NCBI GenBank assembly: GCA_015680685.1
Contig: MNCI01002379.1
Location: 318,780 to 382,779 of the forward strand
DNA from: Gnetum montanum
Taxonomy: Eukaryota > Plantae > Gnetophyta
Length of the DNA: 64,000 nt
Reading direction: 5' to 3'
Shown: in pieces, positions 1 through 13,300 of the stretch
Layout of the letters: each line of letters starts with the position of its first letter
Position numbering within the stretch: the stretch's first letter is position 1
The notes under the pieces: model-generated
Databases searched by the model: none
What the model saw: the letters and a program-made list of their open reading frames with translations, nothing else
Told to the model about the DNA's origin: nothing
Translations under genes and position numbers: made by a program

Positions 1-3000
1 AGGTGTAATAGTCTCTTCACTCCCTAGCCTTACACATCATTAAGTCCATCTAAAGCTTATACTCAACAACCTCTCTAGTAATGGAAACCTTGCCATGGAT
101 CACATTCTAGTATTGTGCCCATTCAATCTCTTTAGATTGCAAGAAACTCTAGTTGGCCACTTTTGCCTCCATAAATTCCTTGTGATCTTTCAGATCTCTA
201 TTCGCATTAACTAGCTTTTTGTTTTCTCTTTCCAACACTACAACTCATTCCCATAGGAACTCATTAGAACGTTGGATTTCCCACAAAGTTTTAACACTTG
301 AAAATGCACATTTAGTGGCACTTTCATACAACTTTTGTGGAACATTCTCCACATCTAATGGTAAGTTGGGTAAGGCATCGATCTCAATGGGGCCATTAGG
401 ATCCCATCTAAGCTTAGGCACTAAAAACAACACAAAAATATTTATGAAAAAATAATAAGTAACCAAATAACTAAGAAACAATGAACAACAAAATAGCTAA
501 AACTATAAAACTATATAAAAAAGAACTAGCTAAAAGTGAAAGAAAAGCTAAATTCCTACCAACATCGGAAGCAACCTATTGCAATTAATCAATTATACCC
601 TTAGTCATCCCCCACATGAATTTCCTATTATTAGAGTGTCTACCTATGGCTTCATGTGAAACATGGAGGTTGAGGTAATGGGTTGAGGTTCAGCAACTAT
701 GGCAAGCATAACAATCAATGATTAAAACCAAGCTTAAACTAAAACAACAAAAGAACTCAAACATATGAAACAAGAGGCATACATATCTAAAGCACCATCT
801 TGGATGATGACAAGGGGTTCACCTAGCTATGAGGGATCAAATATAGTGTCAAACTCATCCAATGGGACATTAGATAACCCCTAATCCTCATGGCATTGTA
901 TCAACTCCTCCTCTAGGAATTTTTTTCTCTACCTCCACTACTGCTTCTTTAGGCCGCCAACTCTTGTTGCTTACCTATAAGAACAACAAGAAAAAAATGT
1001 AATATAACTTAGCATATCTTACCTAAAATAAAATAATAATGTAGCCTTATACCATAGAACATAAATGAAAAATAACTAAACATAAAAAAAATAAAACATA
1101 CTTGTAACCATGTAACATTCTTGGTTGATTCTAATAATGAATCTACTCTTGGAGGGTTGCTTAATCATTGGTGCTACTTCCTCAACCATAGGCCTTTTCA
1201 GTTTCACTCTAGCTACACCTTCAACTTCAGCCTGCAATGTCTTAGTCCTTTCAACATTTCCATGCTCAACCTAGGGCTCAATCTCCATGCTATTATGGGA
1301 AGCACAATGCCTATCACTAAGCCCCTTATTGGTAATAAATAGTGACTCCTCGATGTCCTCTAGTTGTTCCTAAGACTACATGGTGGAATAAACATGCTTC
1401 ACCCAAGGCTTGGAGAGTTGGGATGGATCTTGGCTTTTGCATTTTTCATCCTTTTTTGCCACCAAGAACTCCATGAACCTCCTTAGATATGCTACAAAAA
1501 ATGCATAATGCATGTGATATTTCATCATGAGGTTGTTCCAGAGTTTAACAATCTCCCCACATAACCCAGAAGCCAAATGAGTAGGCTTGTTAAATTGAGC
1601 ATCCTCCAAAATGACCTTCTTCATAGTCCATGCATGTTTAATGCACATGATCTTTCCTTGTTATAACAACTTGGAGAATTCCTGTGAGAAAAACAAGGAA
1701 TATGCCTCTCTAGTCTCTTCAACCTTGAATTGGTTAAGAGACAATCTTTTGTGGCCACAAAAAGTATCCAACTAGTCTTCCACCTCTTCTCAATTATCTA
1801 CATATTTAACTACTTTGGTGATGATCTTTAGGCCTTCATGAGGAATGTCAAAGAGATCATTGAAGATGGACTCATTGATGACCAAGGTAACAAACACACC
1901 ATGAACCCAGGTAATGAACCTCTTCACTCCTTTATCAAAGGAGTCGATGATCTTCACCATCTCTGGTGTAGGGATGGTTAGGCTAGGGGCCATGAAGAGA
2001 TCAAGAAAACCTGCATTAGTGATGTTTTCTAAGATGTACTTGGATGCCCTACTAGCCAACCACTACTATGTCAAATCCACCTCATCATACTTGAGATTAA
2101 GAGTGTCCTCAAAGCATCCTAAAATGACCAAAGTGACAGTGTAGGAGGTGGCAATCCCTACAATACAAAAAGAGGTCAATTAGCATAGGCATAAGCGCAT
2201 CATGTAAAACAAAAATATAACAAGTATAATTAATTAAAACAAAATTTATAGCCATGCCAATAAAACTATTAGGCACTTAAATTCTAAGTAACCTATAACT
2301 ATGTAACGATGAAGATGTTGACAAAAAAACAAAAAATTTAAATTTATTCTTACCTTTCTTGCTAGAAGAAGGTAGTGTGAGGGCCTCAATAGGTATGTAA
2401 GCAAGATCTGATTTGTCCCACCAACCATGAATTATCCCATTGGCCACATACCTTTTGTAGGCATTGGAATAATGTGTGTTCTACCTACCTGAGTTACCTT
2501 TGAGTTGCTCCACCACTATGAGCCTCAATATGGAACTTTTGGCAAAGGCTCCCAACATCATTTGAGCCAAGAACAGGAGTTAGTCACTTTTGATGAAGCC
2601 TTTTTCATCCACCATGTATTGCATATATACCAATTCAAGTAAAGAAAACTTTTAAAGAAATATAGTCTTAAAAAATAATAAATAGAATAGCCAACAAAGG
2701 ACAAACTTAAAATCATGCTTACCCTTCCATGTGGTAGATAGTATCGAGAGGGTTCTAAAACAACATGTAGATGTAGTGACTAATTAATAGTGTGTTGTTG
2801 GCATTATACAAGTTGAACTTTGGCATGTCCCAAATCTTGGACAGGTTACGAGTGCCTCTTGTACATGTACCATCAAGCACCTCAGCCTCTACATGTGTTT
2901 TAGGATCATCTTCAAGGAACTTGATAATCAAGCTAGAGGACTTGGGCAATAGGGTTTCAACAATACTAGCCACCATGTAAGATGCTAAGTGTGACCATAC

Positions 3001-5011
3001 CATCATACTAAAATTTTTTTGTAGGAAGGCTAGGAACTCCTTCATCCTTAGTCTAAACCATAGCAAGACACACTTAAATACCATGTGCATAGGTGGGATG
3101 TTGGACCCTAGGGTGTGAATATAATAAAGAAATCCCACCAGCTCAATAGCCACTAAGATGGGTTTGAGAAAGGCATTACACACAACAACAAAAATTGTCA
3201 AAACCATAAATAACTATAACTAAATATGAGAAAATGATAAATAACCAAAATAATTACAACTTCAAAATCAAAATTTTCATGTAAACCCATAACAAACAAA
3301 TCCATAGTTTCAACACTTAGAACCAAAACCAAAACTAGGAATAACTTTCATGAAAAATCAAATACAACCAAGTAACCTACTAACAACTAATGGCAATTTT
3401 CAAGATAAGACACATAAAAATTTGTGGAAATTTTTATGTAGAAACATCAAAAACATGAAAACTAGCTTGTACCTACTACAATATTCCCAAAACACTAATT
3501 TAAATTTTACAAAATTTTACTAGAAATCCTAATTAACGTTGAAATTGCCCTTAGTAAAAACTCTAAGACAAGTAGTTAAAATTTTTTAGAAAAGTTCAAA
3601 TGATTGTAAAAAACTAGAACACAACATGTAAGAAAATTTATAAACCTTTGAACATAATTATAAAAATACAAAAACTATACCAACACTACCTATACAAATA
3701 GGGTGATTTGTAGTTTTTCACAACCAAAACTACAACTGTACAAGGTTGTCTACACTAGAATGAAAATAACATATTAGGACTAAAAAAGGTTTTCTAAGTC
3801 TGGGGCTATGTGGGCACAAAATTCAACAAAATTAGACATCCATGCTAAATTTTTAGGCTTGGGAAAAATTTAAAACACAACCTAAGGCCTTAACAAAATT
3901 CAATAAAAATTGTGCAACACAAAACTAAGAAAAATGGCTATGGTAATCCATTGATTAAACATATTAAAAACTTTTTAACTTAGAAAAAACAACTTTCAAG
4001 CCCTCCCTAACACCTCAGAGCATCCCCAAGAACATGGGACATTGGCTAGAAAAATATTTCAAAGTGCTAATGTTGCCCATCTTCATAGGGGTAAAACCAT
4101 GAAAACTAAAAACCTTAGTTTGCACCAATCTACGAAAAAATTTACCGAAAATTAATCATACATCCAAATTCCATGATTCCATAGCCATTGGAATTGTTAA
4201 AAAATAACTAAAAATAAAAAACTAGAAAACACAAAAATTCCTATATGTTTTTTCAAAAATAAAATAAAATTGCAAAAGTAACATGAATAAAACCATAAAA
4301 GCCACAATTCCACTTTGCACGAGTTTAAGAAAAAATTCACCAAACATTAACCACACTGAAATTCAATAATTCCATTTGAAATGTTAAACAATAAACTAAA
4401 AAGTTAAAACTTGAAAACTAGAAAATTCTTAACCATTTTAACATGAAAAAACATACCAAAGTGACATGAAAAATGGCTAAAAAATGAAAACCCATTATAC
4501 ACTGGATTATGGAAAAATTAGTAGAAAATCAACTGTAGGTCATAATTTAGCAGTTCAAAAGCTAGTTCAACCATTATACATAGTAGTACAACCCCATGTC
4601 CATAAACATTAAAAAATTCTCACTATTTGCATACAAAAAAAATACAAATTTGGTGTCACTTTTTTGCCCAAAACTGTAGAAAAATGCATAGAAAAGTTGA
4701 AACAAATTTTTAATTCAATATACACCAATTTCACAATCATAGAAACACCTAAAACACATAAACATAGCCTATATCTAACATAGGAAGTTTGAAAAATTCA
4801 GTTATAACCAACACACAAACCCACACAACCAAAAATGCCTAGGATTCCAATGAAACTTTGGATGAAATGGCTAAGGATTTTTCTACCTGGGAGTCATGGT
4901 AGTAGAGCCTTTACCAATCAATGGCTATGGAAGCTAGGAGAGGCTTTCTATAGTAATGTTAACCTCCTCTAAGGCTAGATTCTTACTGGTTGTAGCCCTC
5001 CTCTTTGACAT
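1..5011 (-). pseudogene. Antisense accessory gene of element A (FCP1/NIF-like domain + plant-transposon domain + coiled coil), multi-exon, 3' end beyond window start
   Basis: ORF pieces 2755-3207 (ILVAIELVGFL...WFRLRMKEFLAFLQKNFSMMVWSH...YNANNTLL), 1790-2059 (GFLDLF...VHGVFVTL...DLFDIPHEG), 1376-1648 and 245-481 align by eye to the B/C/E copies; putative exon 1 is 5011-4887 ending CAG|GTAGAA. Confidence 0.75.
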
Positions 5012-5814
5012 CTTGAACAAGTAGCACCAAAACTGGCAAAGCCTTCACACTTCTAGAGCCTCCTGTAGCAACTACACCTACTCCTTAAGGTAGAAAGACT
5101 AGACTATGCTGGGAACAAGTTTCATGGAGGCAAGAAAAGGATCAAAACTCTAGTGCTATGCATTGAAGCCTGAAAGTGATGAAAGAGTTATAATTTATGT
5201 AAAATTATAGTTTGGAAAACACTCCCAAACTTATGTGCCTACCTTTAAAATCCTGATTTACCCAAAACATTCATCAAAGTCCCATTGAACTCAATGATCA
5301 TAATTAGAAAGTGGGACTACGTTGGGTGAGTGGGAGATTAACTCATGAAAAAAATCAAATTTAAGATGGGCCCCACTAAGTGCCTCTACAACAAGCTAAT
5401 GGAAATCCTAAAACACTTGGGTTTTCAGTTTCTCCATTATGACTATGCTAGGGTTTAAGCATTCATAAACCTTGAAGTGGATTCCAAACCCCAAATACTA
5501 CCAAAACCCACCTCACAACCATCCATACATATCATGAAATGTATCCCTAAAATGGGAAACTAGGTATTGATATTGATGGAGATTGAACACCAAGGAAGGC
5601 CCAAACTCACACCAAAAACTACCATTTTTGGCAACTACACTAACTAGAAACTTGACTACATTGGCTAGCATAGTTTCAAGTGTGATAATATCTTTCACCA
5701 AGTACCAAACCTTGGCCAAAACCTCTAGCAGATTTAAAACTTTGCAAGACTAGTCAAAAAGCATCAAAAATCATTTCTCTTACATGGACTTCACTAGGGG
5801 AGATATCAACTATG

Positions 5815-7721
5815 TTTTTTTTTTTTTTGAGAGAATGTTCGGGAGTGTATTACTGACAGAAAGGTACATGACTATACAAGTACAAGTACAAGTGGGGGTG
5901 GCCCACCCCGAAAGGGGGTGGGGGGGGAGCCCCGGGCCCCACATAGGACAGTGAAAAACCATGCCGATCCCCACACGGCAGCCGAAAAACCTCGAAGTCG
6001 TACAGACACTCAAAAAGACCCCCCCCCCCCAACATGGGGGGGGGGCGCACCCTCAGCACAAAGGCAAGCGCAAAAAACACACCGGGGGGGGGGGGGCCAA
6101 CCCCCCCCCCATGAGGAACCCAACAAGGAAGGGGCGGGAACAAGGGAGAGAGGGGAAGAGCTAGGGGTGGGTCGGCAGCTGGTGGCAGGCACACCGAGGC
6201 AACTCCAACTCATGGAGCATGTCCAGGGTGGCCCAATGATCCTCTGTGTCGATGAAGTTCGCGACCTGCTGGAACCCCTGCAGAAGAGCCTCGCGCCTAC
6301 ACCGATCCGGCGACGAATCCCCCGCATCTGGGTGGAGTCTAGCGGACGTACGCCGGATGTGCCTTCTGAGCTCCCCCCAGGGGCTCTCACAACTAATACC
6401 AAGGACGGTATATGGGCAGCGCCCCCCCTAAGCCATTGGCGAGTGCTGTGCTGATGCGCCCGGTCGAGCTGCCGCTGCCGCTGCAGCTCCTCCTCCTGTA
6501 GACACTCCTGCTCCTCCCGGGCCGCCGCCTCCTGGGCCTGCCGGTCCGCCTCCTCCTGCCGCAGCTCATCCCTGATCCGGTCCTGGAGCTCATCCATGAG
6601 CTGGGCGAGCAGGGTCTCCATCGCAAGCGTATGCTTCCTGTTCAGTTGCAGCGCCTACTCCTGGAGCTGGGTTTCATGGTCGGCCCGCCACTTGGCCAGG
6701 GCCTCAGCCCACCGAGCCTCCGAAGACCATTGTTCGGCCTCCCTGGCAGCAGCAACCTCCCGCTGAAGCTGCGCCTCCCAGCGCGGGGGGACGCTGGGGG
6801 GGGCGGGTGAGAGGGTAGGGTTGTGGTGGGAGCGGCGGCCCCAGGAGAGGTGGAGAGTAGCCAGCTGCCGAGGAGAAGAGGAAGGAGGGGAGCAGGAGGA
6901 GAAACAGGGGGAGGGGCAACGCGACGCCCCCTAGCGGGAGCAGAAGATGGGCCCGGTGCCCCCTGCTCCCCCGCCCCCTGCCACAGGGCCAAGATAAGCC
7001 CCGACCGGCGACCCCACCGCTGGAGGCGGAGGGCCTCAAGGAAGAAGCGCGGCAGGTTAACCCGGATGCCCTCCTGCAAGCACCGCAGGAAGGTGAAATG
7101 CAACCCCTGGAGCTTGGACACGTTTCTCGACTGCACAAAGAAGCGCTCAACTAAGACGGCCGCATGAGCCCAAAGACATGGGAGGGAAGTCCGAGGGACC
7201 TGACGGCTCTGCATTCTCGGGGAAAGGCCCTTGAAAAAGACTGCCAAGTTATGGAGGCCACGGGAGGTTGGCAAGATGATCTCCCCAGCGGCCGGGATCC
7301 CCAGGTAGTTAGCCAAAGCAGCCTCTGTTAGGCGAATAACTCGGCCATGGAAAAAGGTTTGATCACCGCGCCAGTTGGTAAAGAAGGAAATGTCAGACAG
7401 GTCAGGGTCCCCGACCAACCGCGGCAGCAGCGCGTCCCACCCGCAATGGCACACCATCCGCCACAGCTCCTCATCCACCTGGAAGTTCACGCAGCCAGGC
7501 TCGTACGTCGGCGTCTGCCCCATCGCGGCCACCGTCTCACACCAAGCCCGGCGCGTCTGCTGGATAAGTTGCTGGGGGGAGGGGGTAGCCGCCTGAGAGA
7601 ACACGGTGCAGTTCCGCGCCTTCCAGGAAAGCCAAAGTAAAAGTGCCGCCCAAGAATCGCCGTCGAATCGTCGCGGAGGGGGTCTTCTGCATGCGCGCCA
7701 AGTGGCGCACATGCAGGGGCA
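5815..7721 (-). mobile_element. Young GC-rich L1-like LINE 3' fragment with poly(A) tail; 5' end lost in assembly gap 7722-7785
   Basis: T14 at 5815-5828 is a poly(A) on minus; abrupt high-GC, CpG-rich island; WLSWKARNCTVF matches the WxIWKxRNxxVF motif at the C-terminus of plant L1 ORF2. Confidence 0.7.
6440..7721 (-). pseudogene. LINE ORF2 C-terminus continuing into a plant-transposon-like domain, Pro-rich linker and coiled coil (about one frameshift and one stop)
   Basis: ORF 6642-7811 (GWDALL...FFHGRVIRLTEAALANYLGIP...EGIRVNLPRFF) and ORF 6010-6621 (METLLAQLMDELQDRIRDELRQEE...). Confidence 0.55.
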
Positions 7722-8136
7722 NNNNNNNNNNNNNNNNNNNNNNNNNNNNNNNNNNNNNNNNNNNNNNNNNNNNNNNNNNNNNNNNTCTTCAGGAGGGTAT
7801 TTATGGGCCAAAAGGGCACGTGGCTCGATGTATCCCTAGTGTATTTGAGCAAGAAATAATGACTACAAGTTAAAAATAGCCTCCAAGATAACACACCTTG
7901 AACCCTAGAGTCTTTAGTAACCCTAAAACCTAGGTAAACCAAGCAAAAATGGAAAATTTCCTACTCCCATCTTCAAAGTACACTAGTCAGTGTAGTTGGG
8001 AGAATATAGATCAATAAAAGCCAAAAATAACCTTCAAATTGACATATATTAACCTTAAAAATCCTTCAAAACCTTCAGGGACCTTGCACTGGCAAACTAT
8101 AAGACAAAAGCAAGCCAAATCCCTTTTTCACATTGG

Positions 8137-8927
8137 GACTATGCTGGCCAATGTAGTCCCAACATAGTTCCACTTCCAAAACACCAAAATGGATTACCAA
8201 TATGTCAAATAAACTTTTAAAAGCATCATATCTACTCCAAAACCCTACTAGACACTTCAAAGACTCCTAAACCCTGCAAACCAAGTTAAAAATCAACAAA
8301 AACTTAGCCTGCACCCCTCAACTATGTTGGGACTACATTCGCCAATGTACTCCAAGGGTGCAGGATTAGTTTAGAACTAAATGACCATCAAAATTAACCA
8401 TCTTAGACCTAAAACCCTATTTTTAAATACTAATGATCTAAGAATGTAAAAACCTAGTCGATCAACCATGAAATTTCATCAAAATTTCAATTTCATCTTG
8501 TGACCATGCTAGACTAGGCTTGGACTATGCTAGTTAGCATAGTGCCAATGTAGTTATGATCCTAGGATGATTTCACTAGTGATTTGACACTCTAGACAAC
8601 CTAGAACCTAATTTGGAAACCAAAAATCTTGTTTGGCCTTATCCATTTGTAAATTCACTTTGTTTTGACCCTAAAAATGTCAAGTGTCCCTCATCTACAT
8701 TGAGCGAAGCTCAACTATGCTAGCTAGCATAGTCTAAATTGGAAATGATCATCTCAAAACTCAAAGAACCTCTAGAATCAATCATCTTAAGCCAAAACCC
8801 TAAGTAGAGACACTAGTAACCTTGGGAACCAAAGAACCTAGTCAATTGACTGCAAAAACCCATTGGAAGCCAAGATTCACATCTTGCTATGCTGGAATAA
8901 GCCATGACTATGCTAGCCAACATAGTC
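8137..8927. repeat. Array of degenerate 22-bp palindromes (inferred GACTACGCTGGCCAGCGTAGTC) at about 192-bp period in the element A spacer
   Basis: Copies start at about 8137, 8331, 8523, 8713 and 8906 (e.g. gactatgctagccaacatagtc); more at about 5654, 9598 and 9790. Confidence 0.8.
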
Positions 8928-8936
8928 TTAGATAGT

Positions 8937-9564
8937 TGAAACACCACAAAAATCTTAAGTGTTGTGCCAGCGTCTACGCCCAGCGTTCACGCCCAGCGTT
9001 CACGCCCGGCGTCTACGCCCAGCATTCACGCCCAGCGTCTACGCCCAGCATTCACGCCCAGCGTTCACGCCCAGCGTCTACGCCCAGCTCAGTGTACACG
9101 CCCAGGTACGGCAGGGGCACGCTCGACGACAGGATTTCCAATAGCAACATGAAGATGACACCAGAGAGCAAGGATTGAAGCAAGTGGACATACGTCGGTC
9201 TCTACACCCGGCGTTTACGCCCAGCGTGTACGCCCAGCATACACGCCAGCTTGTGAAATGTTCACTTAGCATATGCGCCTAGCGTGTGCGCCCAGCGTGT
9301 ACGCCCAGCGTACACGCCGGCTTGTAAATGTTTACGCTCAGCGTGCACGCCCAGCATGTACGCCCAGCGTGTACACGCCAGCTTGTAATGTATACGCCCA
9401 GCGTATATCGAGTTTCTAAATTGTAACGCCCGGTCTGTACGCCACCTGTCTCCCCATCCGCTTTTCCCGGTAACCCTACCCCTATAAATAGCCCGATTTT
9501 CCGCATTTACCAGGTCTACGGAAATTTACCAGAGCCGACCCAGAGTAATTACGCTGCTGAAACC
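8937..9564 (+). mobile_element. 5' part of a young, CpG-intact LTR of a related family, cut by an assembly join (n at 9565)
   Basis: Starts TGAAACACCAC like the B/C LTRs; 13-bp tandem CGCCCAGCGTYYA; TATAAATA at 9483-9490. Confidence 0.7.
8965..9405 (+). repeat. Two blocks of 13-bp tandem repeats (CGCCCAGCGTNNA)
   Basis: Directly visible at about 8965-9105 and 9200-9405. Confidence 0.9.
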
Positions 9565-10370
9565 NTGAAATCCACTTTTCCCATGCATCTACATTGGGAT
9601 TATGCTAGTCAACATAGTCACTAGTAATTGCATCATTAATAGCTTCCCAATGATAAAACAGATGTCAAAATTCATCAATCTTCAATCCTAGTCCACTACG
9701 ATAGCCATATAGATCATTAGGACCCTAGAATTGGTCATAACAAACTTGGAAAATCATCTACTGATACTAACTATGTTGGGGCTTATCCCAACTACACTGG
9801 CTAGCATAGTCCTAGCTAGGCCCAACATAATCACAATAAAAGATCTCAATTTTGACTTCAAACAACCTCCAAATGACCTCACCAAGTGCCCAAACTCACT
9901 TGTCAGCCCTATAGACCTATACCATGGTTCACTAAGGCTTAAAATTGGCAAAATCTAATCCTAGTTGACCAATACTGACTATGTTTTACCATATGTTTCC
10001 TACCTTGATTGGTTTAGCCTTGTTTCACTATGTTTTGGCTTGATTTGACCTTTTTATGCATTGTTCTTTGGCCCCATGATGTCATTTGACTTCATTTTTG
10101 GTCATTGGAGCTTCACGTGATCCCATTCCACTAAGTGTTCTTATCATTTAGATTTTATTTGACCTTATGTAGCCTTAGTTGCATATTATTTTTCTTCACC
10201 TACCTCTTGTAGCCTTTGTAACTTTCTTTGCACCTTGTTTGAAAATGAAATAACATGTTTTGGTTTATTCATGCATAGTTGCTAGAGTATTTTATCTCAT
10301 TTTGGCATTATTTACTCATATTACCTAGGTGCCACTTCATGCGCTTATGGTTGATTGGCAATATTGGAGT

Positions 10371-13300
10371 ATGAACATCTGGAAGAAAATTAGTTTACCA
10401 TTGAACCTATGTGGACCTCATGTTCATGTTGAATGATATATTGAACTTAATTACCTAGATCTTGATCCTAAGAGTTATTCAACCACATAGCCTCAATAGA
10501 GAAACCTCTATAATGGCCTAAAAACCTAGTCAAAATCCCAAACCTTGAGGTTGGCAACATTACCAAGGATTTTCTAATTAAGGTTCCTATCATGACACAT
10601 AGTGTTGAGGAGAAAACACTAAAATTAAGTTCCTCATTCAAACCTTAGCAGGCTTAAAACATCACCAAGGTCATCCAGGAATATAATAAGACCTTTTCCT
10701 AGTCATATGAAGATATGCCAAGTCTTGACCCATACCTAGTGCAACATAACATCATACTTGATCCTATTATTAGACCAATTAAGCAAAAATTTTGTAAGAT
10801 TAGGCCAAATTTAGCCCTAGTAGTTTGCAATGAAACCATGAAATTATACCAAGCTAGTTTCCCTTTGCCTAGTGTTAACCAACTTATCGATATTATGGCT
10901 TTGCTATCCTTCATGGATGGGTTCTCTAGATTAACCTAGAACATCAACTTCATGCAACCTTCATGACCCCATGGAGAACCTTTTGTTACACCATGATACC
11001 TTTTGGCCTTAAGAATGTAGGAGCAACCTACCAAAGAGAAATGACATACATCTTTAGTGATTATATTCTAGGATTGCTCAATGATCATGTAGACAATATA
11101 GCCATTAAGTCCAAAATGACCAAAAATCCTGCACATGACCTTGACCTTGTGCTTAAACAATTTCTCAAGTATGAGCTTAGGATTAACCATTTAGCATCAA
11201 AATTGGTAAGATGCTTGGATTTGTAGTATATGAAGTAAGAATACGTGTTGATCCTAACAAGGCTAAGGCCATATCCAACTTAGCAACATCAATCAACCAT
11301 AAGAAGCTTTGAGGACTACAAGGTAGATTACAATTTATCTATAGGTTCATCACCAGGCTTACAGATAAGTTATAACCCATGCAACACTTTCTTAAGAAAG
11401 GAGCTTAATATCTATGGATGACTCAATGTCAAAAAAAAAACCTTTGAAAACATTATGCAAGATTTGGTACAACTACCCACAGTCTATCCACTGCAAAAGG
11501 ATAAACCTTTCTACATCTACCTTGCTATCTTTGACTTGTCTATTGCCTCTCTACTCTATCTGAAATGAGATGACAAAGCAAAGTTACATGTATACTAATT
11601 AAGCCATGCATTGATTGCCTATGATACTTGATACACCGAAGTGGAGAAGTATTGTCTAGCCCTAGTATTCTCACTAAAGAAGGGATGACACTACCTCTTT
11701 AGGAGCTAGGTCAATGTCATCTATAAAGATAACAAACTTAGAGCCATCACAACTAATATCTACGAAAGTAGTCGTATAGCCCCCTGGAAAGCCATAACAA
11801 TTGAATTTGACCTACATTACATCTCTCAAGACTCAATGAAAGGTCAAGTTATAGCCACACAACTTACTGTTTCATTAGTAGAAGACCATGAAGCCATTGA
11901 GCCTGAATTTCTAGATCAACATTGCAACAATGATAGCAAAGTACATGAGCGCTATGAGGCAATTATGCACATTGATGGCACTTCAACCACCCATGGGACT
12001 AGTGTTGCTGCCATAATAATATTCCTATCTAATAAAATCCAACCCTTGACTTATCATTTCAAATTCCCATGTACCAACAACATGGCAAAGGTTGAAGGAT
12101 TGATCAAGGGGATGATGTTAGCTCATGACCTAGGAATCAAATGTCTAATGGTCAAAGGTGATTTTCCACTTGTGGTTAACTAAGTAACCAAGATTTATGT
12201 CTACAAAGACAAACATTTACAACCTTACTATGATGTAGGAAACAAACTAATATAATAGTTTATAGACATTAGTATCCATCATGTACCCTAAATTGAGAAC
12301 ATGCTAGCTAATGCCATTACAACAACATTAGCCCTCAGTGTGATGCTCAATATGTTTAGAAAATTACATTCCTTAATCATGAATTGTGTTATTCCCATCA
12401 TGAAAAACACTAAGGAAAACATTGTAGCCTCCATTAGTATTTCCCCTCAAAGGAAATGGTATGACAATATCAAGTTTTACCTTATGCATGGTGAATCTTC
12501 ACAATGCCTAACTACTTTTCAAAAGGATGTTTTATATAAACTATTAAAGTAATATATCATCATAGGTAATAATACTTTATGTCGATGGTCCTATGATGGC
12601 ATGTTGTTAGTGTGCTTGGTCAAAATCGAAGCTAGCACAATCCTTAAGCAAGTTCATGAGGGTATATGTGGAGGACATATAGGACCTTGAGCCATGGCTG
12701 CTAAGATTAGACAATTAGACTATTACTAGCCCTATATGAAAAATGATTTCCTGTAGAAGATCAAGACTTGTGACACTTTTCAACGACACAGTAACCTAAT
12801 ACATTGGCTACCGAGTTATATACTACTTAGATAACTTAGCCATTTCAAAAATTTTGGTTAGATATCATTGGACCTAAAATGCCTAAGTCTTTCACGAGGC
12901 ATAACTTCATCACCATTGTAATAGAATACTTCACAAAAAGAGTTAAAGTTATTCCCCTAAGGAAGACAATGTCTCAACAATTCTATAGATTTATACTCGA
13001 CAATATAGTAGCCCATTTTGGCATACCTATGATCATAGTCACAAATAATGAACCATAATTTACCAACTAGGAAATGAAAAACTTTTCTCATGACCTAGGC
13101 ATTAAACATTTCTTTGATTACTGTACTACCCCAAAGCTAATGGACAAGCTAAAGATAGCAACAAGGCCATCGTAAACTTGGTTAAAAAGATGTTGAATAA
13201 CAACAAAAGTAAGTGGCATGAGCAAATTTTCCATGCACTTTGGGCCTATCAAACAACCTATCAAATTGAAATTGGTGTAACTCCATATAGCATAGTTTAT

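Noticed and set aside
5850-7873. Many overlapping ORFs in other frames of the GC-rich island
   Set aside because: Expected from high GC (few stop codons); low-complexity translations
8137-8927. Regularly spaced palindromic repeats resembling a CRISPR array
   Set aside because: Eukaryotic retrotransposon context, ~170-bp spacers, degenerate repeats and no cas genes
8936-9506. Repetitive ORFs (PASTPSVHAQRS...)
   Set aside because: Translations of the 13-bp tandem repeat
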